From Vulcanimicrobiota bacterium (GTDB taxonomy: Bacteria; Vulcanimicrobiota; Vulcanimicrobiia; Vulcanimicrobiales; Vulcanimicrobiaceae), in the NCBI GenBank assembly GCA_963777315.1, contig CAVZQC010000001.1, positions 32,001 through 96,000 of the forward strand: 64,000 nucleotides of DNA, in the 5' to 3' direction. The notes under the pieces were generated by a model. The model saw only the letters and a list, made by a program, of their open reading frames with translations. It had not been told where the DNA came from and made no database searches. The translations under genes were made by a program, and so were the position numbers. Shown one piece after another: positions 1 to 11,178 of the stretch. How positions within the stretch are numbered: the first letter of the stretch is position 1; every line of letters starts with the position of its first letter.

Positions 1-724
1 GCTCGAGTTGGGCGGATCGGATCCGTTCCTCGTGCTGGCCGATGCCGATCTGGAAACCGCAGTCGAATGCGCGGTCAAGGCGCGCTTTCAGAACAACGGG
101 CAGAGCTGCATTGCGGCAAAACGCTTCATCGTCGAAGATGCCGTCTACGATCGATTCGTGCGCCGCTTTTCAGAAGCTGCGGCGGAACAACGTCTGGGCG
201 ATCCGATGGACGAGCATACGCAAATCGGCCCGTGCGCCCGGCAGGATCTGCGCGAAGTTTTAGCTGCGCAAATCACGCAAACCGTCGTGGACGGCGGCCG
301 CATCACCGCGGGCGGGCATGCCGTCGAGGGCGCAGGGTACTTCTTCGCGCCCACGGTCGTTGCGGACGTGGGCCCGACCGCCGCGATGTTCCAAGAAGAA
401 ACCTTCGGGCCTGCCGCCGCGGTGATTCGCGCCGAGGATGAAGAGCATGCTTTGGACCTAGCCAACAATTCGACGTTCGGATTGGGCGCAAACGTGTGGA
501 CGCGCAGCGTGGAGCGCGCGCAGCGCCTTGCCGGCCTGCTCGAATCGGGGATGGTGTTCATCAACGGCATGGTCGCGAGCGATCCGCGCTTGCCGTTCGG
601 AGGAGTCAAACGCAGCGGCTACGGACGCGAACTTTCGATGTTCGGCATCCACGAGTTTGCGAACATTCAAACGGTGTGGGTGGGGCCGGAAAACGGCGCA
701 GTTTCTTCGCCGGCTTCAGAGTAA
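1..724 (+). CDS. NAD(P)-dependent aldehyde dehydrogenase (succinate-semialdehyde dehydrogenase-like), 5' truncated by window edge
   Basis: ALDH motifs LELGGSDP, FQNNGQSCIA (catalytic Cys), EETFGP, PFGGVKRSGYGRE. Confidence 0.9.
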   Translation, partial: LELGGSDPFLVLADADLETAVECAVKARFQNNGQSCIAAKRFIVEDAVYDRFVRRFSEAAAEQRLGDPMDEHTQIGPCARQDLREVLAAQITQTVVDGGRITAGGHAVEGAGYFFAPTVVADVGPTAAMFQEETFGPAAAVIRAEDEEHALDLANNSTFGLGANVWTRSVERAQRLAGLLESGMVFINGMVASDPRLPFGGVKRSGYGRELSMFGIHEFANIQTVWVGPENGAVSSPASE

Positions 725-764
725 CGCAGAAAAGGCAGCGGTTACGTAGAGATTCCCGTTCTTT

Positions 765-1898
765 CTACCGCGCAAGCGAAGCCGCAAATTCCTCAATCCT
801 CGAAACGCCTTCGGCGATGCTCTGCGTCGAAGACACCCACGTCAGTCGCAGCCAGTTCGCAAAGCACCCGCCGAACGCGACGCCGGGAATCGCGATGACG
901 TCGTACCGGTCGGCCAGGACGTGCGCCGCCTCCAGCGATTCGACGCCGTCCGGCAGCCGCACGCAAGCGTAGAAGCTTCCCTCAGGAACGATGTACCGCA
1001 GCCCGCTGCGCTGCAGCACGTCGAGCATTTGTTGCCGCTTGCGCGCGTACCACGCGGCGTGCTCCTGCAGCGCTCCCGGCGTGGTGAAAATGTGCAACGC
1101 GACTTGCTGTGCGAACGTGTCGGCACACGACGTCAGCCATGCGTGGACTTTGACCAGCGACGGGGCGATTTGCCCGGGCGTGATCGCCCAGCCCAAGCGC
1201 AGTCCAGTCAGCGCATTGCTCTTGCTCACGCTGTTCGTGACGATCGTGTAGGGGTAGTGCTCGGCGAAATGTCCCGCGCGCTCGATGAACGTCTGTTCGC
1301 GATAGATCTCGTCGTGCAGCACCCACACCGGCTCACCGCCGCGCTGCAGCAGCGCCTCGCCCAGCGCAAGGGCCGCCTCGCGGTCGACGACGCGGGCGGA
1401 TGGGTTGCACGGCGAACAGATTGCGATCATGCGCGTTGCGGGCGTCACCGCGTGCGCGATCCTCTCGGCGTCGAACGCGAAATCCTGCGCTTCATCCATC
1501 GCCACGCTGCGCACGCGCACGCTTTCGAGCGTCGCCATCTTCGCGTACGATGGAAATGCGGGTTCGACGACCAGCAATTCGTCTTTGGCCGGATCCAGCA
1601 CGGTCTTGATGACCGCGTACGTGGCCTCCTGGGAACCTGTGGTTATGCAGACGTTGTCCGCGCCGTCCAGATTCGGATACCGGTAATGCCGCGCAATCGC
1701 GCTGCGCAGCTTCGGATCGCCCGCGTTGACGGTGTACCGTAGCCCTCGTTCGTAAACGTATCGCATCCCGGCTTGGAGGTGCTCGTGATTGGGCATGAGC
1801 GACGGTTCGCCCAGACCAAGATCGATGGAACGCTCTTTGCGTTTGGCCGCGATCTCGCGAATCAGGGAACCTGAAATGTTGGAAAGAACCGGGTTCAT
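765..1898 (-). CDS. PLP-dependent aminotransferase class I/II (possible DapC)
   Basis: Likely start MNPVLSNI (ATG 1898) overlaps the dapD stop; motifs DLGLGEP, SPCNPS, DEIY, SVSKSNALTGLRLGW. Confidence 0.85.
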   Translation of the reverse strand: MNPVLSNISGSLIREIAAKRKERSIDLGLGEPSLMPNHEHLQAGMRYVYERGLRYTVNAGDPKLRSAIARHYRYPNLDGADNVCITTGSQEATYAVIKTVLDPAKDELLVVEPAFPSYAKMATLESVRVRSVAMDEAQDFAFDAERIAHAVTPATRMIAICSPCNPSARVVDREAALALGEALLQRGGEPVWVLHDEIYREQTFIERAGHFAEHYPYTIVTNSVSKSNALTGLRLGWAITPGQIAPSLVKVHAWLTSCADTFAQQVALHIFTTPGALQEHAAWYARKRQQMLDVLQRSGLRYIVPEGSFYACVRLPDGVESLEAAHVLADRYDVIAIPGVAFGGCFANWLRLTWVSSTQSIAEGVSRIEEFAASLAR

Positions 1899-2716
1899 AC
1901 TGCGATCTGATGCTCGCGTAGAGCGGCATTGAGCGACGTTTTGCGATCCGTCGATTCGCTGCGCGTTCCGACGATGAGCGCGCATGGAACGCCGTACGTA
2001 CCGGCTGAAAACGCCTTCGGCATCGTGCCGGGAATCATCACGCAGCGCTCGGGTACGCGTCCCTTCAAGATGACCGGCGCGTGGCCGCGCACGTCGACGA
2101 TCGAGGTGGCTGCGGTCAGCACGACGCCCGCACCGAGAACCGCCTCTCGTCCTACGCGCACGCCTTCGACTACCACGCAGCGCGATCCGATGAACGCCCC
2201 GTCTTCCACTATCACCGGCTGCGCTTGCACCGGTTCCAACACCCCGCCGATGCCGACGCCGCCGGAAAGATGCACGTTCTTTCCAATCTGCGCACACGAA
2301 CCGACGGTGGCCCACGTATCGACCATGCTGTTGTCGTCGACATACGCGCCGATGTTGACATAGCCCGGCATGAGGATGACGCCGCGTCCCAGGAAGCTGC
2401 CGTACCGCGCGACTCCGGGCGGCACGCAGCGCGCTCCGGATTCGGCATAGTTGGTCTTGGTTGGAATTTTGTCGTAAAACGCGATACCGCTCGAATCGCC
2501 CATGCGCCGCGTCTCGCATCGCGCGAAGTACATCAGAATCGCCTGCTTGATCCAGGGATGCGTCACCCAAATATCGCCGGCGGGCTCGCATACGCGCAAA
2601 CGCCCTTGGTCCAGCGCAGCGATCGCTTCGTCGATCGCGCGCCCGGCGCGTCCCCGTATCTCTTCGGGACGGTCGGCAAGCGCCTCGATCTCGCGCTGCA
2701 GTTGCCCGGCATCCAT
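1895..2716 (-). CDS. dapD: Tetrahydrodipicolinate N-succinyltransferase
   Basis: MDAGQLQ start; WIKQAILMYF, YDKIP, MVDTWATVGSCAQIGKNVHLSGGVGIGGVLEP, KTSLNAALR. Confidence 0.95.
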   Translation of the reverse strand: MDAGQLQREIEALADRPEEIRGRAGRAIDEAIAALDQGRLRVCEPAGDIWVTHPWIKQAILMYFARCETRRMGDSSGIAFYDKIPTKTNYAESGARCVPPGVARYGSFLGRGVILMPGYVNIGAYVDDNSMVDTWATVGSCAQIGKNVHLSGGVGIGGVLEPVQAQPVIVEDGAFIGSRCVVVEGVRVGREAVLGAGVVLTAATSIVDVRGHAPVILKGRVPERCVMIPGTMPKAFSAGTYGVPCALIVGTRSESTDRKTSLNAALREHQIAV

Positions 2717-2845
2717 GGTCGGCTGCTTTTTGGACGAACGCGGTCCGCGCCTTCGCGCGGCAACCGAGCATCCGCCCGCGAGTAATGGGTACAATGGAGG
2801 AACCCGCCTCATGGGGCGAGCGCTCACGCTTTTAAAGGAGTGGCC

Positions 2846-4846
2846 GTGCCGAACACGCGCGAGGACGAGCAACGTATCAACGCGATTCGCTTTCTTTCGG
2901 TTGACGCAGTTCAGAAGGCCAAGTCCGGGCATCCCGGCATGCCTCTGGGCGCGGCTGCGGCAGCGTACACGTTGTGGACCAAACACCTGCGCTTTAACCC
3001 CAAGGACCCGGCGTGGCTGGGGCGCGACCGTTTCATTCTGAGCGCCGGACACGCTTCGATGCTGCTGTACTCGCTGCTCTATTTGACCGGTTACGATCTC
3101 ACGCTGGACGATCTCAAAAACTTCCGCCAGCTCGGCAGCAAGACGCCCGGGCATCCCGAGGCGCATCACACGCCCGGTGTCGAGGTAACGACCGGACCGC
3201 TGGGCCAAGGATTCGCCAATGCAGTAGGCTTTGCCATTGCGCAGGCGCACTTGGCGCAAACGTACAACCGCGATCAAACCATCATCGACCACTTCACCTA
3301 CGTCATGTGCAGCGACGGCGACATGATGGAAGGCATCGCGTCCGAAGCCGCTTCGATGGCCGGCCACCTGCAACTGGGCAAACTGATCGCGCTGTACGAC
3401 GACAACAAGATTTCTCTCGCGGCAAAAACCGAAGTGACCTTTACCGAAGACGTCGTGGCGCGTTTTGAGGCGTACGGCTGGCACGTGCAGTTCATCGACG
3501 TCGATCGCGGCAACGACGTGGAAACGATCGACCGCGCCATCGCGGATGCAAAAAGCCAGACCGGTAGACCGTCGTTCATCGCAATTCGCAGCCACATCGG
3601 CTACGGCTCGCCCAAACAGGACTCATTCAAAGCGCACGGGGAACCGCTCGGGCCCGACGACGTCAAGGCCACCAAAGAAAACCTCGGATGGCCGGTGGAG
3701 CCGGATTTCTACGTCCCGGACGACGTGCTCGCGTTTTATCGGTCGTTCATCGAGCGCGGAGCGCAACTGCAGACCCGCTGGCAGCGCGCGTTCGATGAAT
3801 GGAAAGGCGAGAACGGACAGCTCGCCGCGCAGTTGGATCGCACGCTGGCAAACCGGCCGCCGTCGAACGTCCCTTGGCCTACGATACGCAAAGACAACGG
3901 CGACGACATCGCCACCCGCGAGGCCGGCGGCATGGTGATGAACGCGATTGCCGCGGCCGTGCCCGAACTCGTCGGCGGTTCGGCCGATCTGGATCCCTCG
4001 ACGAAAACCTACCTCAAAGATCAAGGCGATTTTCAACCCGATAATTACGGCGGGCGCAACATTCATTACGGCGTGCGCGAGCACGCGATGGGCGGCATCA
4101 ACAACGGCATCGCGCTGCACGGCGGCCTGCTGCCGTTCGGCGCGACCTTTTTGAACTTCTTGGACTACATGAAGGGCTCGGTGCGCCTGGCGGCCATCAA
4201 CAAGGTGCGCTGCTATTACGTCTTCACGCACGATTCGGTCTTTTTGGGCGAAGACGGGCCCACGCATCAACCGATCGAGCATCTCGCGCACATGCGCGCG
4301 CTCCCAAACCTGATGACGGTGCGCCCCGCCGACGCGCTCGAGACGCTCGCGGCTTGGAAGTTGATGATCGACGCCGGTGAGGGCCCCTGGGCGCTCGTAC
4401 TTTCCCGCCAGAAGCTGCCCTATCTGGGCGACCGCGATGCGGACGTCGCGCGCGGCGCGTACGTGCTGGCGGATACCGACGGCACGCCCGACCTGATCCT
4501 GATCGCGACCGGTTCGGAGGTGCACCTAGCGGTGCAAGCCGCCGCGCTGCTGGAAAACGGTGGAATGCACGCCCGCGTGGTATCGATGCCCTGCTGGGAG
4601 CTGTTTGCCGCGCAATCCGAGGAATACCGGCAGGCCGTCCTCCCCCCCGACGTCACCGCCCGGATGTCTATTGAAGCCGCCGCGACGTTTGGGTGGGAAC
4701 GCTGGATCGGCAACCGCGGATACGCGTACGGAATCGATCATTTCGGAACGTCGGCGCCGGCCGGCGCTATCGCCAAAGAGTACGGTTTTACTCCCGAGCA
4801 CATCGCGCAGGTCGCGCAAGAGCAATTCGCAACGGTACGGCGCTAG
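2846..4846 (+). CDS. tkt: Transketolase
   Basis: [49 protein letters not shown] at 2835-2840 precedes GTG 2846. Confidence 0.97.
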   Translation: MPNTREDEQRINAIRFLSVDAVQKAKSGHPGMPLGAAAAAYTLWTKHLRFNPKDPAWLGRDRFILSAGHASMLLYSLLYLTGYDLTLDDLKNFRQLGSKTPGHPEAHHTPGVEVTTGPLGQGFANAVGFAIAQAHLAQTYNRDQTIIDHFTYVMCSDGDMMEGIASEAASMAGHLQLGKLIALYDDNKISLAAKTEVTFTEDVVARFEAYGWHVQFIDVDRGNDVETIDRAIADAKSQTGRPSFIAIRSHIGYGSPKQDSFKAHGEPLGPDDVKATKENLGWPVEPDFYVPDDVLAFYRSFIERGAQLQTRWQRAFDEWKGENGQLAAQLDRTLANRPPSNVPWPTIRKDNGDDIATREAGGMVMNAIAAAVPELVGGSADLDPSTKTYLKDQGDFQPDNYGGRNIHYGVREHAMGGINNGIALHGGLLPFGATFLNFLDYMKGSVRLAAINKVRCYYVFTHDSVFLGEDGPTHQPIEHLAHMRALPNLMTVRPADALETLAAWKLMIDAGEGPWALVLSRQKLPYLGDRDADVARGAYVLADTDGTPDLILIATGSEVHLAVQAAALLENGGMHARVVSMPCWELFAAQSEEYRQAVLPPDVTARMSIEAAATFGWERWIGNRGYAYGIDHFGTSAPAGAIAKEYGFTPEHIAQVAQEQFATVRR

Positions 4847-4854
4847 GAGAGAGA

Positions 4855-7716
4855 ATGGAAAATCAACTGCAACAACTGCTCGACGCGGGCCAAAGCGTCT
4901 GGCTCGACAATCTGCGTCGCGGGATGTTCGCCTCAGGCGAACTGCAGGCGCTAATCGACCGAGGCCTGCGCGGCATGACCTCAAATCCGACGATCTTCGA
5001 AAAAGCGATCGGAACGGGCAACGACTACGACGAGCAGCTGCGCTCGCTGCTGCGCAGCGAACGCGACGCCGGCACGCTCTTTTGGGATCTCGCGATCCAA
5101 GACATCCAAAGCGCCTGCGACCTGTTCGCGCCGGTGTACGAAAAGTCCGGTGGAAACGACGGGTTCGTCAGTCTGGAAGTATCGCCGCTGCTCGCGCGCG
5201 ACACGGCCGGTACCATTGCCATGGCCAAGGACCTTTGGAAGCGCGTGCAGCGCCCCAACCTGATGGTCAAGATTCCCGCGACCAACGAAGGCATTCCGGC
5301 CATCGAAGAGTGTATCGCCGAAGGCATCAACATCAACGTCACGCTGGTGTTTGCGGTCGAGTACTACGAGAGGGCTGCGCTTGCGTACATCCGCGGACTG
5401 CAGCGCCGCCTTGAAAAAGGCTTGCCGATAGACCGGATTAGGTCGGCCAACAGCGTGTTCGTCAGCCGTATCGACACGGCCATCGACAAGTTGCTGCAAG
5501 CCAAGATCGACAAAGGCGAAAAGCAGCTCGCGCAGCTGCTCGGCAAAGCCGGCATTGCAAATCTGAAGCTGACGTATCAGAAGTTTCAAGAACGCTTCGG
5601 TTCAACCGAATGGCAAGCCGTGCAGGCCAAAGGCGGCTGCATGCAGCGCCCGCTGTGGGCGTCGACGTCGACCAAAAACCCCAAGTACGACGACTTGATG
5701 TACGTCGAAACCGTCGTCGGCCGCCACACGATCAATACGATGCCGCCGCAAACGCTCGAAGCGCTCGCCGACCATGGAGAAATCCGGCCGGACACCGTGC
5801 TCGAAGATCTCGACGAAGCGCGCGCGACCCTGCGGGCATTGGCCGATGCCGGCATCTCGCTGTACGACGTCACGCATCAGCTGCAGGTCGAAGGCGTAAG
5901 CCTGTTCAGCGATTCGTTCGCGGCGCTGATGGGCGCGATCGTGTATAAGCAAAAGCAGCTCAGTCTGGGCGCGGAGCGCGTGGCGTTCTCCGGCGCGCTC
6001 CAAGACCAGAGCGACTGCGCCAAGGCGTACCGTTCCGCGCTCGACACGCTCGCGCAACGCGATTTCCTCAAAAAATTGTGGGCCAAAGACCCCGCGCTCT
6101 GGTCGACGGATCCCGCGCACGAAGAGATCGTCAAACACGCGCTGGGGTGGCTGGAGATTCCGCAGCATCTGCTCGACTCGGTTGCCAACCTGCAGAGCTT
6201 TGCCAAAGAAGCGGCCGCGGAATTTACGGACGTGGTCGTTTTGGGCATGGGGGGAAGCTCGCTCGCGCCGGACATCATGCGCCAAACGTTCGGGAAAATC
6301 GACGGCCGCCCGCAGCTGCACGTGCTCGATTCGACGGACCCGCAGCAAATTGCCGATCTGGAATCGCAGATCGACGTTTCGTCCACCTTGTTCATCGTCG
6401 CGAGCAAAAGCGGCACGACGACCGAGCCGGACGCATTTTATCGCTACTTCTGCGACCGCGTCTCCAAAGCGATTGGTGCGGACAAATGCGGGCGGCGGTT
6501 CGTCGCCATCACGGATCCGGGTACGCAGCTCGAAGCCGAAGCCAAAGAACACGGGTTCCGCGCGTGCTTTCTGAACGATCCGAACATCGGCGGACGCTAT
6601 TCCGCGCTGTCGTTTTTCGGCATGGTGCCTGCAGCGTTAGCGGGCTACGATATCAATTTGCTGCTCGACCGGGGCTTAGGCGCGATGGCTGCCAACGACA
6701 AAACGGTCGCGCCCAAAGATGCTCCCGGCGTAAGGTTCGGAGCCGCGATCGGCGGCCTGGCGCTCGCGGGGCGCAATAAACTGACGATCGTCACCCATCC
6801 TGCCGTCGAAGCTTTCGGAGCGTGGGCGGAACAGCTGATAGCCGAGTCCACCGGGAAAATGGGCAAAGGCATTCTCCCGGTCGAAGGCGAGCCGCTTGGC
6901 GATCCGAACGATTACGGCAACGACCGCGCGTTCGTTTACGTCGGCTCCAACCTGCCGCAGGCGCCTGCGCACGTCGAGGAAAAGCTGCGCGCGCTCGAAC
7001 AGGCGGGTCACCCGGTAATACGTCTTGCGATGAACGATGCGTACGACGTCGGCGAGCAGTTCTATCTGTGGGAGATCGCGACCGCGGCTGCCGGATCGCT
7101 CCTGCAGATCGATGCGTTCGATCAGCCCAACGTACAGGAATCCAAAGACAACACCAAGACGCTGCTGGCGCAATACGCGACCAAGGGCAGCTTCGATCAA
7201 CCCAAACCGGCGGTCCGGGGCGACGAACTGGACATTGCGTTCCTGTCCGGTAGCTCGGGGCTGCCGGCGCGCGATGCAGCCTCGGCGCTGGCCGGGCTAT
7301 TCGCCCAGGTTCGCGACGGCGACTATGTCGCATTTTGCGCGTACATCGAACGCAATGCCGAACACATCGCGCTGCTCGAGCAAATGCGGCTAAAAGTGCG
7401 CGACGCGCGCAAATGCGCGACCACCGTTGGATTCGGTCCGCGTTTCCTGCACTCAACCGGCCAAGAGCACAAGGGCGGCCCCGACACCGGCGTCTTCGTG
7501 CAGATCACCGCCGATCCGGCGTTCGATCTGCCGATTCCGGGGATGAACGTGGGGTTCCGCACGTTGATTGCAGCACAGGCGCTGGGAGATCTGCAGTCGC
7601 TCGACAAGCGTGGGCGGCGCGGCGTGCGCGTGCACGTCAAAGGCGATCTCGACAAAGGCTTGCACGCACTGAGCGGTGCGATCGACGACGCGTTAACGGC
7701 AAAGGCGCAAGCGTAA
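4855..7716 (+). CDS. tal-pgi: Bifunctional transaldolase / glucose-6-phosphate isomerase fusion
   Basis: N-half GMTSNPTIF, VKIPAT, QRPLWASTSTK; C-half GMGGSSL, SKSGTTTE, IGGRYS, QLIAESTGK, FDQPNVQESK; AGGAG upstream of ATG 4855. Confidence 0.93.
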   Translation: MENQLQQLLDAGQSVWLDNLRRGMFASGELQALIDRGLRGMTSNPTIFEKAIGTGNDYDEQLRSLLRSERDAGTLFWDLAIQDIQSACDLFAPVYEKSGGNDGFVSLEVSPLLARDTAGTIAMAKDLWKRVQRPNLMVKIPATNEGIPAIEECIAEGININVTLVFAVEYYERAALAYIRGLQRRLEKGLPIDRIRSANSVFVSRIDTAIDKLLQAKIDKGEKQLAQLLGKAGIANLKLTYQKFQERFGSTEWQAVQAKGGCMQRPLWASTSTKNPKYDDLMYVETVVGRHTINTMPPQTLEALADHGEIRPDTVLEDLDEARATLRALADAGISLYDVTHQLQVEGVSLFSDSFAALMGAIVYKQKQLSLGAERVAFSGALQDQSDCAKAYRSALDTLAQRDFLKKLWAKDPALWSTDPAHEEIVKHALGWLEIPQHLLDSVANLQSFAKEAAAEFTDVVVLGMGGSSLAPDIMRQTFGKIDGRPQLHVLDSTDPQQIADLESQIDVSSTLFIVASKSGTTTEPDAFYRYFCDRVSKAIGADKCGRRFVAITDPGTQLEAEAKEHGFRACFLNDPNIGGRYSALSFFGMVPAALAGYDINLLLDRGLGAMAANDKTVAPKDAPGVRFGAAIGGLALAGRNKLTIVTHPAVEAFGAWAEQLIAESTGKMGKGILPVEGEPLGDPNDYGNDRAFVYVGSNLPQAPAHVEEKLRALEQAGHPVIRLAMNDAYDVGEQFYLWEIATAAAGSLLQIDAFDQPNVQESKDNTKTLLAQYATKGSFDQPKPAVRGDELDIAFLSGSSGLPARDAASALAGLFAQVRDGDYVAFCAYIERNAEHIALLEQMRLKVRDARKCATTVGFGPRFLHSTGQEHKGGPDTGVFVQITADPAFDLPIPGMNVGFRTLIAAQALGDLQSLDKRGRRGVRVHVKGDLDKGLHALSGAIDDALTAKAQA

Positions 7717-8627
7717 TGCAGCTGGGGATGGTGGGACTGGGGCGCATGGGCGCCAGCATGGCGACGCGATTGATGCAGGACGGTCATCAGGTCGTCGTCT
7801 TCGACCGCGACGCGCAGGCCGTTGCGAGCGCGGCTTCGGGCGGCGCCGTGGCAAGCAGTTCGCTTTCCGAGCTGGTATCGAAACTCTCGGGGACGCCCAA
7901 AGTCGCGTGGAGCATGGTTCCCTCCGGCAAGCCGACCGATGAAACGATCGATCAACTTGCCGGGCTGCTGGGCAACGGCGACGTGATCGTCGACGGCGGA
8001 AACACCAACTGGAAGGACGGCCTGGCAGCGTACGAGCGCTGTAAATCGCGCGGCGTTTCGTTGGTCGATGCAGGAACCAGCGGCGGCGTTTGGGGCCTAA
8101 AGGAAGGCTATTGTCTGATGGTGGGCGGCGAAGACGCCGCGGTCAAAGCCTGCGAGCCCATTTTCCTGTCCCTGGCACCGGAAGGCGGTTACGCGCACGT
8201 CGGTCCGCCGGGTGCCGGACACTTCTCCAAGATGGTTCACAACGGCATCGAATACGGCATGCTGCAGGCCTACGGTGAAGGGTTCGAAATACTGCGCGCT
8301 TCGCAGTTTGGGTTCGACTTGCATCAACTCGCGTCGATATGGCGCTACGGAAGCGTGATCCGTTCCTGGATGCTCGATCTGGCGGTGCTGGCGTTTGCGG
8401 CAGATCCCGATTTACGAGACATCCGCGGATGGGTGGACGATACCGGAGAGGGACGCTGGACGGTTCAGGCGGCGATCGACGAGAACGTTCCCGCGCCGGC
8501 GATCACGCTGGCCCTGCTGGCGCGCTTTGCATCGCGCCAGGACGAATCGTATAGCGCCAAAGTCATCGCCGCGCTGCGAAACCAGTTCGGCGGCCACGCC
8601 GTCAAGGCGGAAACGACGGCAAAATGA
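7716..8627 (+). CDS. gnd: 6-phosphogluconate dehydrogenase, decarboxylating (short type)
   Basis: GMVGLGRMG, DGGN, GTSGG, KMVHNGIEYG, LRNQFGGH; TAATG overlap with tal-pgi. Confidence 0.95.
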   Translation: MQLGMVGLGRMGASMATRLMQDGHQVVVFDRDAQAVASAASGGAVASSSLSELVSKLSGTPKVAWSMVPSGKPTDETIDQLAGLLGNGDVIVDGGNTNWKDGLAAYERCKSRGVSLVDAGTSGGVWGLKEGYCLMVGGEDAAVKACEPIFLSLAPEGGYAHVGPPGAGHFSKMVHNGIEYGMLQAYGEGFEILRASQFGFDLHQLASIWRYGSVIRSWMLDLAVLAFAADPDLRDIRGWVDDTGEGRWTVQAAIDENVPAPAITLALLARFASRQDESYSAKVIAALRNQFGGHAVKAETTAK

Positions 8628-10183
8628 CGACGACTCCGGCGGCTGCAGGCAACGGCATCGCGCAAGCGGCGATCAATCCGCTTCGACAGGGCATCGAAAG
8701 CTCGCGCGTCAGCGAACCGTGCACGATCGTCTTCTTCGGGGCAAGCGGCGATTTGTTCAAGCGCATGCTCATGCCCGCGATCTACAACCTGCGCTTGGAC
8801 GATACGCTGCCGGCAAATTTCGGGTTGATCGGTTTTGCCCGCACGCCGTACACCGACCAGGAATTCCGTGACTACTGCCGGCAGTGCGTGGACGAGTTTT
8901 CGCGATCGGGTCCCGTCAAGGAATCCCTCTGGAACGATTTGGCCCAGCGGATCAGCTACATCACCGCGGATTTCGATGACACCGCTCATTTCGAGGCGCT
9001 GGGCAAACGTTTGGCCGAGTACGAAAAGCAATTCGGCGCGGGCGACAACCGGCTGTACTACTTGGCTACCCCGCCTTCGGTCTTTCCCAAGATCATCGCG
9101 CAGCTCAAACGCGCCAAACTCGATCCCGATCGCAACGCAAAGGGCTGGAGCCGCATAATCGTCGAGAAACCGTTCGGCACCGATTTGCCTTCCGCGCAAG
9201 CGCTGCAGACCGAAGTTGAAAAGGTCTTCAACGAAAGTCAGGTCTACCGCATCGATCACTACTTGGGCAAGGAAACGGTTCAGGACATCATGGCCCTGCG
9301 CTTTGCCAACACGATTTTCGAGCCGATCTGGAATCGCAACTACGTGCAGTCCGTGCAAATTACCGCCGCCGAAACACTGGGGGTCGAACGCCGCGGCGGC
9401 TATTACGAAAGCGCGGGGGCGTTGCGCGACATGATTCAGAATCACGTCATGAACCTGCTCGCGCTCGTGGCGATGGAGCCGCCGGCCGGCGCGGACGCCG
9501 ACGCGATCCGCAACGAAAAATACAAAGTGTTTTCCGCGATTGCAGCGCCGGCTCCCGAGGAAGTCTTCCAAATGAGCGTGCGCGGTCAGTATGGTGCAGG
9601 CTCGATCGGCGGACAAGCCGTGCCTGCATACCGTTCCGAGCCGGACGTTTCGCCCAATTCGAATACGGAAACGTACGCCGCTTTGCGCCTGCAGATCAAC
9701 AACTGGCGCTGGGCCGGGGTGCCGTTCTACCTGCGCAGCGGCAAACGGCTGGCGCGCAAGGTATCGGAGGTTGCGATCGCGTTCAGCCCGATTCCACACC
9801 GCCTGTTCGGCGAAAAGAGCGACACGATCGAACAGAACCTGCTGGTGATCAAAATCCAGCCGGAGGAAGGCATCTCGATCCGGTTCAACGCCAAGGTACC
9901 CGGCCAGAAAAATCATATCCGCGGCGTCACGATGGATTTCAACTACGGCACCGGTTTCGCGGTACAGTCTGCTCCGGCATACGAACGGCTCATCGCCGAC
10001 GCGATGCGCGGCGATGCGACGCTGTTCACGCGGTGGGATGCCGTCCAGCGAGCCTGGGAGATCGTCATGCCGATTTTGGAAGTGTGGCAGTCGATCAAGG
10101 ATCGTGCGTTTCCCAACTACGCCGCGGGCAGCGAAGGGCCCGACGCGGCTGCAGCGCTCAATGCCGGGTGGCGTCCGCTGTGA
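8624..10183 (+). CDS. zwf: Glucose-6-phosphate 1-dehydrogenase
   Basis: GASGDL, EKPFG, RIDHYLGKETV, WAGVPFYLRSGK. Confidence 0.97.
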   Translation: MTTTPAAAGNGIAQAAINPLRQGIESSRVSEPCTIVFFGASGDLFKRMLMPAIYNLRLDDTLPANFGLIGFARTPYTDQEFRDYCRQCVDEFSRSGPVKESLWNDLAQRISYITADFDDTAHFEALGKRLAEYEKQFGAGDNRLYYLATPPSVFPKIIAQLKRAKLDPDRNAKGWSRIIVEKPFGTDLPSAQALQTEVEKVFNESQVYRIDHYLGKETVQDIMALRFANTIFEPIWNRNYVQSVQITAAETLGVERRGGYYESAGALRDMIQNHVMNLLALVAMEPPAGADADAIRNEKYKVFSAIAAPAPEEVFQMSVRGQYGAGSIGGQAVPAYRSEPDVSPNSNTETYAALRLQINNWRWAGVPFYLRSGKRLARKVSEVAIAFSPIPHRLFGEKSDTIEQNLLVIKIQPEEGISIRFNAKVPGQKNHIRGVTMDFNYGTGFAVQSAPAYERLIADAMRGDATLFTRWDAVQRAWEIVMPILEVWQSIKDRAFPNYAAGSEGPDAAAALNAGWRPL

Positions 10184-11178
10184 GCGCCATCGACGTCGGC
10201 GAGCTGCTTGGCAAACTATCGCAGCATCGCGGCGAGCGGGCCGCCATCTCCACCGTTTCGCTGAACCTGGTCGCGTTCGTCGAGGACGATGCGCAGTTGC
10301 TCGAGCGAATCGCGCAGCGAATCGACGCTCTTGCCGAGCGGAACGTCTCGCGCACGATCCTTTTGACGTGCGACGAGCGTCCGCATTCGGCCAGCTCGCA
10401 CTCGAGCGAGGTCGACGACACGCTGATCACGCGTTCGGAGCAGATTCAACTTGCGGTCGGGCATTGCGCTTGCGAGGAGCTGCGTTCGGCGGTCCACGAG
10501 TTGCTCGTGCCCAGCGTGCGCACCGTGCTACTGTGGGCCGGCGCTCACTACGTCGACCGGCGCTTGTCCGCGCTGGCCGATTTGGCCGATACCGTCGTAC
10601 TCTTCAGTTCGGCAAGAGATCCCGGAACGGCCCGGCTGCAAGAAATCCTCAAGTTACAAGGCACCCACGTCGAGCCGAAGATCCACGACCTCGCGTTCAT
10701 GCGCCTGCTCTCGTGGCAAGACATCATCGCGCAGTTTTTCGACGACGCCGAGTTGGCTCAGGAACTGCCCCACCTCACCCACGTCGAGGTCGTGAGCGGA
10801 TCGGCAACGGAGGCGTATTATTTGGTGGGCTGGCTGGGCAGCCGGCTTTCTTGGCAGCCCTGCGGCGAGAACCAGTTTTGCAACGAGGATGGGGGCACGA
10901 TCTCTTTCGATTTACGCCAGCATGGCAGCCCGCTGCGCGTCTATGCGGTGCGCCTGCATTCGCACAACTGCGTTTTCGGCGCAGCGGTACGCGAGGACGC
11001 AGACGATCTGATCTGCGTAACCGTGGAGGGACGCAAGAGCCGGCCGCAGCGCTGCATGCCGCTGCACGATCTCGATATGGTATCGCTCATCGAGCGCGCC
11101 ATCTTCATGCCGCGCAACGATGAAGTATTTGCGGGAACGCTGCGCACGATCGACCGCCTTTTGGAGCTCGCTCGATGA
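10180..11178 (+). CDS. opcA: G6PD assembly/effector protein OpcA
   Basis: Between zwf and pgl with GTGA overlap; DLAFMRLLSWQDIIAQFFD and GWLGSRLSW motifs. Confidence 0.85.
   Translation: MSAIDVGELLGKLSQHRGERAAISTVSLNLVAFVEDDAQLLERIAQRIDALAERNVSRTILLTCDERPHSASSHSSEVDDTLITRSEQIQLAVGHCACEELRSAVHELLVPSVRTVLLWAGAHYVDRRLSALADLADTVVLFSSARDPGTARLQEILKLQGTHVEPKIHDLAFMRLLSWQDIIAQFFDDAELAQELPHLTHVEVVSGSATEAYYLVGWLGSRLSWQPCGENQFCNEDGGTISFDLRQHGSPLRVYAVRLHSHNCVFGAAVREDADDLICVTVEGRKSRPQRCMPLHDLDMVSLIERAIFMPRNDEVFAGTLRTIDRLLELAR

Noticed and set aside
765..3595. Long N-terminal extensions of the aminotransferase (to 2771) and dapD (to 3595) in the ORF track
   Set aside because: The extensions overlap dapD and tkt and are not protein-like; internal starts fit family lengths.
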